From NCBI GenBank assembly GCA_964543035.1, contig CAZIVL010000001.1, positions 367,736 through 431,735 on the forward strand: a stretch of DNA of 64,000 nt. Reading direction: 5' to 3'. Positions 10,010 through 18,814 of this stretch are shown here, one piece after another. The position numbers were made by a program, and so were the translations under genes. The notes below the pieces were generated by a model that did no database searches, had not been told where the DNA came from, and saw only the letters and a list, made by a program, of their open reading frames with translations. Within the stretch, counting starts at the first letter, position 1, and every line of letters begins with the position of its first letter. The stretch comes from an uncultured Gammaproteobacteria bacterium (lineage in GTDB: Bacteria; Patescibacteriota; Microgenomatia; CAZETR01; Amesbacteraceae).

Positions 10010-10813
10010 TCAACGTGATAAATCAACCAAATACTTGGCAAAAATAGGAGCGACGGTCTGGTTTGCCACCCTGTTTGGGTGAGAGTCCCAGAAGGCAAAC
10101 CGTTCATACTCTGGTTTCAGAAAACCATTTTCATCCGACAGTAGTCCAAAAAAATCAAATACATATATATTTTTCTTTCCATCCAGAAATTCATCAGACT
10201 TAAGCCAGTCAACCAATTGCGTAGCTCTTTTTGCATTATCTACGTTTGTTGTAGATTTTCGAGCCGGCGGGGGAGTCAGAAGTACAAATTTTTTGTTTGG
10301 ATATTTTTTTAGGCTTTCTCGAATTGCTTTGTAGTACTCGATGTCTTGCTGCAGCTGCTCTTCTGAGACGATTCTGGTGGTCGGATAACAGTTTTTAAAA
10401 GCAATTACGTCATAAGACAGTATTGAAGCCAGTGTTATGTCGCTCGGTTCCCTGGAAAATATTTCTGCATATTCTCTAGGACTGTTGTTACTAAGAGAAA
10501 TTTTGTAATCGGTCCCCGTTATTTGTCCTTTGTCGTCAGTCAGCCCTCTCAGGTGTGTCAGTTTAGAGAGTACCCCGCCCAATATAGGAGAGAGGTTATA
10601 GTTATGATCCCAAAATTCTATCTTGGCATCGATCTTTCGGATCTCATCTCTCACGTTTCCCTCGCGAATCAGGTTTCCTCCGGTAGAGTGGTGAATAAAT
10701 AGTATTTTTGAGTCTGCTGAAAAGTTGGCCTTTACTTGATTTTTCATCATAAAACTAGCGAGTGGCATCAAGCATGCCAATGCCAACATTATCTTATACA
10801 ATTTTAACAACAT
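10010..10813 (-). CDS. secreted hypothetical protein (possible hydrolase)
   Basis: N-terminal signal peptide 'MLALACLMPLASF'; no firm family call. Confidence 0.4.
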   Translation of the reverse strand: MLLKLYKIMLALACLMPLASFMMKNQVKANFSADSKILFIHHSTGGNLIREGNVRDEIRKIDAKIEFWDHNYNLSPILGGVLSKLTHLRGLTDDKGQITGTDYKISLSNNSPREYAEIFSREPSDITLASILSYDVIAFKNCYPTTRIVSEEQLQQDIEYYKAIRESLKKYPNKKFVLLTPPPARKSTTNVDNAKRATQLVDWLKSDEFLDGKKNIYVFDFFGLLSDENGFLKPEYERFAFWDSHPNRVANQTVAPIFAKYLVDLSR

Positions 10814-11264
10814 TAAAAAGTTGCCGAATAAGGTAAATCAGTCCCAAAAAAGTGAACAATTGGTTCAAAACTATGTTTACATAAGGGTTTGAGATGAGTT
10901 TATATGGATGATCGACTTTGATGTTCAGTCTCTTGTTGTTAAGTAGCGGCAAGCCTTGGGAAAAGATATCTACTAGGTTTGCAGCTATCATGCACGCCCA
11001 GCCATACCACCCTACATTATTTTGGATAGCCAGATACAGCACAAAACCTGTGATTAACACTCCAAAAGAGGTCATAAAAGCCAGAGTTACTTTGTCACGG
11101 CGAGACGCAAGAGGGGACTGAAACATGATCTTCATTTCTTGGGTAGGATGAGGAAACAAGTCTAGTACAAAGTGAGATAAAAAAGAGGCAGATATTCCCA
11201 AAACAGGGTTACTGGTCATCTGTGATATGACCAGACCAGCAATCACATGATTTTGAATCATCAT
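10794..11264 (-). CDS. membrane-bound metal-dependent hydrolase-like protein (YdjM/DUF457-like)
   Basis: Small polytopic membrane protein with a 'SHFVLD' His/Asp motif. Confidence 0.3.
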   Translation of the reverse strand: MMIQNHVIAGLVISQMTSNPVLGISASFLSHFVLDLFPHPTQEMKIMFQSPLASRRDKVTLAFMTSFGVLITGFVLYLAIQNNVGWYGWACMIAANLVDIFSQGLPLLNNKRLNIKVDHPYKLISNPYVNIVLNQLFTFLGLIYLIRQLFNVVKIV

Positions 11265-11351
11265 GGAGCGGGGTACGAGAATCGGACTCGCATCTCATCC
11301 TTGGGAAGGATGCATACTACCACTGTACTAACCCCGCAACGTAACACTATT

Positions 11352-11885
11352 TTACAACCTTCTGCACAATACTTTTAGTTTCAACCCGGGTTCGATAAGT
11401 CTGGGATTTGGGATCTCGTTGTTTGTCGCAATCTGTTGCCACTGAAACCCATCTCCACAAAACTGGACAGAGATATCCCACATCGTGTCACCTTTTTCTA
11501 CTGTGTATTCCACTGGTTTCTCCGGCTCCAGCTTTGGCAAAGTTATTTTCATACCTTTCACAAGCATAGAAGGATTGTTTCCTATTGTTTCTTTGTTTTG
11601 ATCATAGATCTTAGTCCAGGCATACCCATCGCCATATGCATCTTCAGCAATCTTCCAGAGACTGTCGCCAGCTTCGATAGTATATGCACCGTCTTGGACT
11701 TCTGTCGAAGTAGCAGAGATATTGTCTGAACTTGCCGTTTTATTTATGGACTTTATATAACCGCCTATGACGTAAGCGCTCAATATCAGGACCACAATCC
11801 CCAAAACAAACGTCATCTTGTCCTCATTTATACGAAAAATTCTCAAAACAGCTTCCATACTTGCATGTGCAAAATTTGACCTCAA
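11352..11885 (-). CDS. LysM peptidoglycan-binding domain protein (two LysM domains, N-terminal TM anchor)
   Basis: 'YTIEAGDSLWKIAEDAYGDG' and 'YTVEKGDTMWDIS' LysM motifs. Confidence 0.6.
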   Translation of the reverse strand: MRSNFAHASMEAVLRIFRINEDKMTFVLGIVVLILSAYVIGGYIKSINKTASSDNISATSTEVQDGAYTIEAGDSLWKIAEDAYGDGYAWTKIYDQNKETIGNNPSMLVKGMKITLPKLEPEKPVEYTVEKGDTMWDISVQFCGDGFQWQQIATNNEIPNPRLIEPGLKLKVLCRRL

Positions 11886-11965
11886 TATATTACCCTCTTG
11901 TCAAAAAAGCAATACATCGTGACATACACTCTCCGATTTGAGATAATAGTAAGTGGAACACCCGT

Positions 11966-12039
11966 GGGGTCGTAGCGCAGTTGGTTAGCGCGGCTCCCTG
12001 TCAAGGAGCAGGTCGCGGGTTCGAGTCCCGTCGGCCCCG
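11966..12039 (+). tRNA. tRNA-Asp (anticodon GUC)
   Basis: Manual cloverleaf: acceptor GGGGTCG/CGGCCCC (one G-U pair), anticodon stem GCTCC/GGAGC, loop CTGTCAA, T-loop TTCGAGT, 74 nt. Confidence 0.8.
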
Positions 12040-12042
12040 CAA

Positions 12043-12798
12043 ATGCCTGAAATTCTTCTCTCAAATATGGCCTTGTGGCCACTAGCTGGTCTACCACTGG
12101 AATACACAGGCTTAATAGCAAGAAGTCTGGGTTATGATGGGGTCGAACACATTCCCACAAAGGTCGGAAGACGACAGCTGGCAGACGGAAAAATCGGACC
12201 AGTTGCAAGAATAAAAGCGGCCCATGTCAGCTGGAGGTCAGAACCTTACGGCGAAAGTGGTCGTAAAAAGGTCTTGGAGTATCGGAAAACCCACGGACTT
12301 CAAAAAACAGTTGCTGGACTAATAACAATTGCTACTTTGCCACTGGCAGAAGAATCAGAAGAGTATTTGACCAGGTTACAAACTATCCTAGGTAATAAAC
12401 TACCAGTGATTTTATATTCAGACAAACTGGCTGACAAACACCCGAGTCAGATGCCATTCAAGGAAAAATCTGTTCAAATCACAACAGCAGCACTAGGCCA
12501 TCTTGGTGCGACCTCACTTCCGCATCTAGTAGATATACTACACGGATTGGATGTTCATCCCTGTTATGACACAGTACACAGCCATGACTTACAGGATCCA
12601 ATCAAAGCCTTTGTTCAAACTAATTCTCGAGAAGTTCATATTGGCGTAGATAGAATTGATACCCAGGAAGATCATGGTGACACTTCCGAATTAGAAGACT
12701 ATTTACTAGCCGAAAGATTTGTGGTCGAATCGGCAATTCCCAACTTCGCCAAACTAGCCAGGGTTGCGGCCTCGTTAAAAAATTCATTGCGCTCATGA
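12043..12798 (+). CDS. hypothetical protein (possible xylose-isomerase-like TIM barrel)
   Basis: 'GYDGVEH' N-terminal motif resembling sugar-phosphate isomerase/epimerase TIM barrels; weak. Confidence 0.3.
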   Translation: MPEILLSNMALWPLAGLPLEYTGLIARSLGYDGVEHIPTKVGRRQLADGKIGPVARIKAAHVSWRSEPYGESGRKKVLEYRKTHGLQKTVAGLITIATLPLAEESEEYLTRLQTILGNKLPVILYSDKLADKHPSQMPFKEKSVQITTAALGHLGATSLPHLVDILHGLDVHPCYDTVHSHDLQDPIKAFVQTNSREVHIGVDRIDTQEDHGDTSELEDYLLAERFVVESAIPNFAKLARVAASLKNSLRS

Positions 12799-13361
12799 AA
12801 AGAGTAATAATAATCGCAGGTCTCATGGGCAGTCCAAACGGCAATTGGAAGCCCTGGCTCATGGCAGAACTTGAGAAAAAGCAGATCCTGGCCGCCTCAG
12901 TCTACATGCCCGAGTTTGACAATCCTACTCCAGAAGGCTGGTCAGCCGAGCTTACACACCAAATAAATCTCAATCCTGAAGACGAAATATATCTAGTTGG
13001 CCACAGTCTGGGAGGTACGACGATCCTTCATTATCTCCAGTCTCAAAACGCCAAGCCTGTTTCCGGGGCTATTTTTGTGGGTAGTCCGTGTGGAGTCGTA
13101 AAAAATAACCGGATTGACAATTTTTTTACCAAGTCATTTGACTTTCAAAAAATCAGATCAAATTGCCATCAGTTCAGTGTCATCCACAGCGACAATGACC
13201 CATACGTCCCCGAAGAGCACGCTCATATATTGGCAAAGGAATTATCAGCTGACCTGACCATCGTCCCCAGAGCTGGTCACTTCAATACAGCCAGCGGCAG
13301 CTTCACCCTTCCAAAATGCCTAGATAGTTTAATGAAGATGACAACCCGATTAACTGAATGA
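12795..13361 (+). CDS. alpha/beta serine hydrolase, YdeN/RBBP9-like
   Basis: 'LVGHSLGG' nucleophile elbow, about 190 aa. Confidence 0.55.
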   Translation: MKRVIIIAGLMGSPNGNWKPWLMAELEKKQILAASVYMPEFDNPTPEGWSAELTHQINLNPEDEIYLVGHSLGGTTILHYLQSQNAKPVSGAIFVGSPCGVVKNNRIDNFFTKSFDFQKIRSNCHQFSVIHSDNDPYVPEEHAHILAKELSADLTIVPRAGHFNTASGSFTLPKCLDSLMKMTTRLTE

Positions 13362-13774
13362 ACAAAGAATATGCCTCTATCCGTGTCCTAGTGGTCCAAG
13401 ACGGCAAGGTCCTCGTCATCCATCGCCTAAATCATGGTGAGGAATACTGGGTTTTTCCTGGAGGTCATGTAGAAGAAGGGGAGTCGGCAGAAACTGCCGC
13501 CAGGAGAGAAATTCTCGAAGAAACAAGTCTAAGAGTCACCGAAATCTTACAAATCATTCCCTATCAACACCCCAAAAACAATGAGCTTCAAGCGGTAGTT
13601 GTGGCTCAAGTTGAACCAGGCACGCCCAGACTTGGCAATGGTAATGAGGTATTTACACCAGAGGACCAATACACACCCCAGTGGTTAGATCTGAAGACTG
13701 CATTGACGCTTACTAATATTCTTCCCTCCCCAGCCGCCAAAATCTTTCACGATCTTTTTGCTAAACTATCTTAA
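13358..13774 (+). CDS. NUDIX hydrolase
   Basis: Nudix box 'GGHVEEGESAETAARREILEETSL'. Confidence 0.75.
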   Translation: MNKEYASIRVLVVQDGKVLVIHRLNHGEEYWVFPGGHVEEGESAETAARREILEETSLRVTEILQIIPYQHPKNNELQAVVVAQVEPGTPRLGNGNEVFTPEDQYTPQWLDLKTALTLTNILPSPAAKIFHDLFAKLS

Positions 13775-14079
13775 TGCATCGGGGAATCAAAAAAGCTAGA
13801 CTCGACAAGGACAAAAATGGCGTAGACGACAGGCTGGATCTGATTACAAATATCTGTGCCGTCATTCTTCCCTTTACGACCCTAGATCAACTCTATTTGA
13901 TCTATGTCCAAAAGAAAACTGAGGGTGTATCTGCCACCACCTGGCTCCTTTATGGCATACTCAGTATCCCCTTGTTCGTATACTCTCTAAAGCGCAAAGA
14001 CAAGCCAATGATAGTTTTGAATGGGCTGTGGGTAATAATTGACCTTTCAGTCTGGATGGGTGTACTTTTGTACCGATGA
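13774..14079 (+). CDS. PQ-loop / SemiSWEET-like small membrane protein
   Basis: About 100 aa with 3 TM helices and a 'LPFTTLDQLYLIYVQKKTEGVS' PQ-loop-like motif. Confidence 0.4.
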   Translation: MHRGIKKARLDKDKNGVDDRLDLITNICAVILPFTTLDQLYLIYVQKKTEGVSATTWLLYGILSIPLFVYSLKRKDKPMIVLNGLWVIIDLSVWMGVLLYR

Positions 14080-15866
14080 AAACTAGTCGCAGCATGTCCA
14101 ATCTAGAGATCGCAAAGCTGTTGCGGTCAGTCTCAGCCGCTCTCGTCCTCTCAAATGCCAATAGATTTAGAGTTATTGCCTATGACAAAGCGGCCGACGC
14201 CATCGAGCACGCCAGCTCGGAGGTCAAAGATCTCTGGGACGACGGAAAGCTCAAGGATTTGGCAGGAGTTGGTGAAGGAATTGCTAGCTCTTTGGACGAA
14301 TTATTTTCGACTGGTCACATCAAGCATTTTGAAGAAATACTTGCTCCATTTCCAGAATCCGTCTTTGAGCTCATGGAAGTTCCGGGTATCGGTCCAAAAA
14401 ATGCTCTCAAATTTTCCAAAGCCTTTGGTATCACTCATGCCCACTCAGCCGTAAGTAAGCTCGAAAAAGCCGCCAAAAAAGGCGAGATTGCCAAGCTGGA
14501 AGGGTTTGGAGAGGACTCCCAGACCAGAATACTCCAGGGCATCACCGAATTATCTGGCCGGTCAAAGCGAATATTGTTGGACCAAGCCCATACTATCGCC
14601 GATTCGCTAATCGCCTACATGCAAAAAAATCCCCATGTCAAAAAAATTGATTATTTGGGCTCACTTAGGAGGCAAGCCAGCACCGTGGGAGATCTTGATT
14701 TCTCAGTCGCCACCGAACATCCAAAAGAAGTCATAGACCATTTCTGCAAGTATCCTCACAAATCTCGAGTTTTGGAAGCAGGAGAAAAGTCCGCCTCTCT
14801 AATACTTCCTGGGGATCATCAAGCCGATCTTATGGTCCAGCCTCCTGAAGCCTACGGATCACTCCTGCAGCACTTTACCGGATCCAAACATCACAATATT
14901 GCTCTGCGCGAGCTAGCTCTAAAAAAAGGTTTTTCTTTATCCGAGCACGGAATACGTCCACTAGGTCATGACGAGTCTGTAAAACCATACGACGATCCCA
15001 AATTGATAAAAATTCCGACCGAAGAAAAATTCTACAAATTCTTAGGACTCGACTGGATCCCGCCCGAGCTTCGGGAAGGCCGGGGTGAGATTGATGCTGC
15101 CAAAGCTCACACTCTCCCAAGATTGATCGAAGTAGGGGATATAAAAGGGGATCTCCAGCTCCATTGCAACTTCCCCATCGAGCCTAGTCACGATTTGGGA
15201 CAAGACCCGCCGGAAGAAATGGCCAAAATCGCCAAAACTCTAGGTTATGAATACATCGGACTGACCGATCACAATCCAAGCCTAGCCGGTCATACTGAAA
15301 AGCAGATTATTGATTTAGTAAAAAAGCGCTCAGAGGCCATCAGAAGCACCAAAGCCGGTGTCCACATCTTTGTCGGTCTCGAGATCGATATCCAGCCAGA
15401 TGGCAAATTGGCCCTTCCCGAGGCTGCTCTCGAGTATCTGGATTATGCTTGTGTATCCATACACAGCAGTTTCCGTCAGACCAGAGACCAGGCCACCACC
15501 CGTGTTCTTCGCGCTCTCGAGCACCCCAAAGTCAGGTTTCTTGCCCACCCGACCGGAAGACTATTGGGAGAGCGTGAAGGCGTAGAACTCGATTGGGATC
15601 AGATTTTTGATTTTTGTCTCAAGCATAATAAGTGGCTGGAGATCGATGGCTGGCCAAACCGTCTCGATCTTCCAGACGTGATTGCTCACGATGCGATCAA
15701 ACGAGGTATCAAACTAGTCGTAGACACGGACTCGCATGCAGCCGCTCAACTCCCCTTTATGAAATATGGCGTCTCAGTCGCCCGCCGTGCCTGGGCCACC
15801 CAAAAAGACATTATCAATACAAAGTCACTTCGAGAAATTCTCCCTCTTTTGTCATCCCGAGCGTAG
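14076..15866 (+). CDS. polX: DNA polymerase X family protein with C-terminal PHP domain
   Basis: HhH N-terminus, pol-beta-like palm ('GDLDFSVAT'), and a PHP domain ('GLTDHNP', 'HAAAQ'). Confidence 0.8.
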   Translation: MKTSRSMSNLEIAKLLRSVSAALVLSNANRFRVIAYDKAADAIEHASSEVKDLWDDGKLKDLAGVGEGIASSLDELFSTGHIKHFEEILAPFPESVFELMEVPGIGPKNALKFSKAFGITHAHSAVSKLEKAAKKGEIAKLEGFGEDSQTRILQGITELSGRSKRILLDQAHTIADSLIAYMQKNPHVKKIDYLGSLRRQASTVGDLDFSVATEHPKEVIDHFCKYPHKSRVLEAGEKSASLILPGDHQADLMVQPPEAYGSLLQHFTGSKHHNIALRELALKKGFSLSEHGIRPLGHDESVKPYDDPKLIKIPTEEKFYKFLGLDWIPPELREGRGEIDAAKAHTLPRLIEVGDIKGDLQLHCNFPIEPSHDLGQDPPEEMAKIAKTLGYEYIGLTDHNPSLAGHTEKQIIDLVKKRSEAIRSTKAGVHIFVGLEIDIQPDGKLALPEAALEYLDYACVSIHSSFRQTRDQATTRVLRALEHPKVRFLAHPTGRLLGEREGVELDWDQIFDFCLKHNKWLEIDGWPNRLDLPDVIAHDAIKRGIKLVVDTDSHAAAQLPFMKYGVSVARRAWATQKDIINTKSLREILPLLSSRA

Positions 15867-15908
15867 CCGAGGGATCCCTCCATTCCACTTCGTTCCAGTC
15901 GGGATGAC
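15851..15908. repeat. hairpin repeat family member R1 (GTCATCCCGA...TCGGGATGAC with inner ATCCC/GGGAT stem)
   Basis: Perfect 10-bp terminal inverted repeat; the polX stop codon TAG lies inside the element; it sits between convergent genes. Confidence 0.65.
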
Positions 15909-15909
15909 A

Positions 15910-17115
15910 TTACAACAAGAAAACGCCATCCTTGTATATTACTTTTTCACTTCCATCAGAAAGGATGGCCGTCACAGTCCTCTTGGTCGTACTGATCATA
16001 TCTGTGTGTACGCTCGAATCATTAAATCCCATTTCTTTCCATTGAGCAGGTTTAATTTTTGATGGATCACCATCGTAACTGTCTTGATATGCACTCCCCA
16101 GAGCAATGTGGGTATTTCCAAAAGGTCCTGAAATATTTTCATCAAATAGGGTTTCCGCCATAAATCGGTCTATTCTGGATAATCTCTTGTCAGTCAAAGA
16201 AAATTCCCCGATCTTGTCAGCATCTTTGGTGTCTATCATGGCTTTCAGCACGTCATAATTTTTATTAGCACTTGATTTGACGACTCGGCCATCTTTAAAT
16301 TCCAATCTTATCCCTTCAATCAGTGACCCATATCTATACAACGGCTGGTTAAATTCGATATATCCTTCCGTTCCTCGCCAGTCAGGACTGATAAATACCT
16401 CAAAAGAGGGGATATTTCGCCCCGATCCCCCCAGCCACTTTCTATGAGGACCAATTTTTATCTTCAGATCAACACCATCTCCCTCCACATGCAATTGAGA
16501 AACTGAGATACTGTTCAGCTTTGCTTTGATCTCATCATTTTTCTTTGTCACTTCTTTCCACTTGGCAATTGGGTCGGTTTCATCCAAAAAACAGGCTTTG
16601 ATTATCTGCTCCCAATACTCTGGGAGACTCATATTTGCTTCTTTTGCCATGGCCGGTGTACCAAAGAGAGCCAGAGTCCAGGTATATTTGCCATCATTTT
16701 CTTTCTTGTTTAGCCATTTTTTGATTGACCTGATTGCCTTTTGCCTTATCATAATTTTCTTCGGGTCCACTCCTTCAAGTTCGTGCAAATCAGTATCGGC
16801 AATGATCGTGATCGAGTGATCTATGGTGTCAGCCAGACCCTTGAGATATTTTTTGGGCTCAAATTTTAAGAATTCTTCATCAGCCAGCTCATATACCTCG
16901 CGCGACACATCATCAGGCAAATAGTTTGTAATATAGTGAGCCCTTGATCTAATCAATTGATTTCTGATTTCCACATATAGAGGTTTGGCGGCTTCATTTA
17001 TCGTAATCCGTACTACCTCACCAGGTCTTACGCCCTCGCCCGAGTTGAGGGCAAAGTTCACCAACACTTTCGCATACCGTTGCAAGATGACTTTACTTGG
17101 AGTAAAACTATTCAT
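15910..17115 (-). CDS. aminopeptidase, M29 (AmpS/PepS)-like
   Basis: About 400 aa with an M29-like N-terminus 'MNSFTPSKVILQRYAKVLVNFAL'. Internal Met chosen; the ORF could extend to 17223. Confidence 0.5.
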   Translation of the reverse strand: MNSFTPSKVILQRYAKVLVNFALNSGEGVRPGEVVRITINEAAKPLYVEIRNQLIRSRAHYITNYLPDDVSREVYELADEEFLKFEPKKYLKGLADTIDHSITIIADTDLHELEGVDPKKIMIRQKAIRSIKKWLNKKENDGKYTWTLALFGTPAMAKEANMSLPEYWEQIIKACFLDETDPIAKWKEVTKKNDEIKAKLNSISVSQLHVEGDGVDLKIKIGPHRKWLGGSGRNIPSFEVFISPDWRGTEGYIEFNQPLYRYGSLIEGIRLEFKDGRVVKSSANKNYDVLKAMIDTKDADKIGEFSLTDKRLSRIDRFMAETLFDENISGPFGNTHIALGSAYQDSYDGDPSKIKPAQWKEMGFNDSSVHTDMISTTKRTVTAILSDGSEKVIYKDGVFLL

Positions 17116-17673
17116 ATGGAATTGGTTTGGGTCATTATAGGTATAGGGGCAGTCGTAGTCTACTTCGTGATCGTCTACAACGATTTTGTTACTTCCAGAG
17201 CTCGCATTAGAGCTTCTATTCAAGAAATTGGCAATCAGCTCAAGCGTCAGACCGAGCTTCTGCCAAATTTGGAAACTTCAGCCAAGGCCTATCTCAAGCA
17301 CGAAAAAGATATCTTAAAGATGCTCTCAGATGCCAGGAAGATGACCGCCGCGGGTGAGGACGCATCTGAAAAGATCGCTCAGGTTCTGCCCAAGATCCAA
17401 GTAGTCGTGGAGAGCAATCCCGAGCTCAAGGGTGTAGATGTGATCACCAAGCTCATGGACGAGCTCAGGGACACTTCAGACAAGGTTATGTACAGTAGAA
17501 GGACTCTCATCGATCTCTCGGCCGACTACAATATCAAGCTGGCAACTTTCCCCACCAATCTTGTCGCCAAAGTCTTTGGCTTTACCCCCGAAAAGGGCTT
17601 AGATACTCCCACCTCAGGTGCTCATCTCACCGTTTCTGAATCAGACACTCACACTCCCAAGATTTCCCTGTAA
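17116..17673 (+). CDS. lemA: LemA family protein
   Basis: 'MELVWVIIGIGAVVVYFVIVYNDFV' TM start and 'LPNLETSAKAY' region; sits upstream of htpX. Confidence 0.7.
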   Translation: MELVWVIIGIGAVVVYFVIVYNDFVTSRARIRASIQEIGNQLKRQTELLPNLETSAKAYLKHEKDILKMLSDARKMTAAGEDASEKIAQVLPKIQVVVESNPELKGVDVITKLMDELRDTSDKVMYSRRTLIDLSADYNIKLATFPTNLVAKVFGFTPEKGLDTPTSGAHLTVSESDTHTPKISL

Positions 17674-17676
17674 TTC

Positions 17677-18603
17677 ATGCAAAACGTCTTTGAATCGGTC
17701 GAGGCAAACAAGCGCAAAAGCTGGCTAGTCATGATCCTCTTTACCTCTTTTGTCCTCGTATCCTCGTATTTTATCTCCCGGGGCCTGGCCTACTACTACG
17801 GCTACGAATCAACAGGTCTTGAGCTTACGGGCATGGCCTTTATTATCTCGGGGGCTATGAGCTTTGCCTCCTACTATTGGTCAGACAAGATAGTTTTAGG
17901 ACTCTCGGGCGCCAGGCCAGCGGATCGCAAAAAGGATTTTCATTTTTATACCGTGGCCGAAAATCTGAGTTTGGCAGCAGGGATCCCAGTGCCCAAGCTC
18001 TACGTGATCGAGGACACGGCTCTCAACGCCTTTGCCACCGGCCGGGATCCGGCTCATGCGGCAGTCTGTGCCACTACTGGACTTCTGTCTACCCTAAGTC
18101 GCACCGAGCTCGAAGGCGTAGTGGGCCACGAGCTATCCCATGTGGCAAATTATGACACCCGCCTCATGTCCATAGTCACTATCCTAGTTGGCCTCATCAC
18201 GCTCCTAGGAGACTGGTTTTTTAGAGCTACCTATTTTGGCGGCCGAGGGAGAGACCGAGAGGACAAAGGGTCCGGAGCCATATTATTGGTTATTGGCATC
18301 GTATTTGCCATGTTGTCCCCCATCATTGCCCAGCTGATTCAGCTGGCCATCAGTAGAAGAAGGGAGTACCTGGCCGATGCCACCTCAGTCCGCCTCACTC
18401 GCCAGCCCAGTGGTCTGATATCTGCTCTCAAAAAGCTGGGGGCCGACCGCGAGCCTCTGGAAGCAGCAAATAAAGCCACCGCTCATCTGTACATCACAAA
18501 TCCTCTCAAAAATCACCATGATGCTGTAGGCTGGTTTGCCAACCTCTTCAACACTCATCCCCCTCTAGAAGACCGCATCAAGACCCTGGAACAGATGGTT
18601 TAG
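17677..18603 (+). CDS. htpX: zinc metalloprotease HtpX (M48)
   Basis: 'VVGHELSHVANYD' HExxH motif, 4 TM segments, paired with LemA. Confidence 0.8.
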   Translation: MQNVFESVEANKRKSWLVMILFTSFVLVSSYFISRGLAYYYGYESTGLELTGMAFIISGAMSFASYYWSDKIVLGLSGARPADRKKDFHFYTVAENLSLAAGIPVPKLYVIEDTALNAFATGRDPAHAAVCATTGLLSTLSRTELEGVVGHELSHVANYDTRLMSIVTILVGLITLLGDWFFRATYFGGRGRDREDKGSGAILLVIGIVFAMLSPIIAQLIQLAISRRREYLADATSVRLTRQPSGLISALKKLGADREPLEAANKATAHLYITNPLKNHHDAVGWFANLFNTHPPLEDRIKTLEQMV

Positions 18604-18760
18604 TTTTCACGACTTATTACCACGAAAATTAGTCTCAAAACAAATAGGATATTTATATTTCTAAAATCTGCTATTTTCATAACAACTTATAGTCAACCTC
18701 TTAAAAAAATATAACTTTCTTGTCAGAAGCTTCAATAGGTTAATGACCCAGTTTGATATC

Positions 18761-18789
18761 TTGACACCACACCCTCTTTTTTCTATTAT
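18761..18789 (+). promoter_or_regulatory. sigma70-like promoter upstream of clpB (TTGACA-17-TATTAT)
   Basis: Exact consensus -35 and near-consensus -10 with 17-nt spacing, about 25 nt before the clpB start. Confidence 0.4.
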
Positions 18790-18814
18790 CACTCTCACTA
18801 ACTGACTGCCAAAT

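Noticed and set aside
11882-12208. 108-aa minus-strand ORF
   Set aside because: It runs antisense across tRNA-Asp and into the next gene and has no protein-like features. It is spurious.
18604-18814. Possible CtsR or HrcA operator upstream of clpB
   Set aside because: Only a partial GTCAAgatatCAAAc resemblance to the CtsR heptad repeat, and no CIRCE inverted repeat. This is not enough to call.
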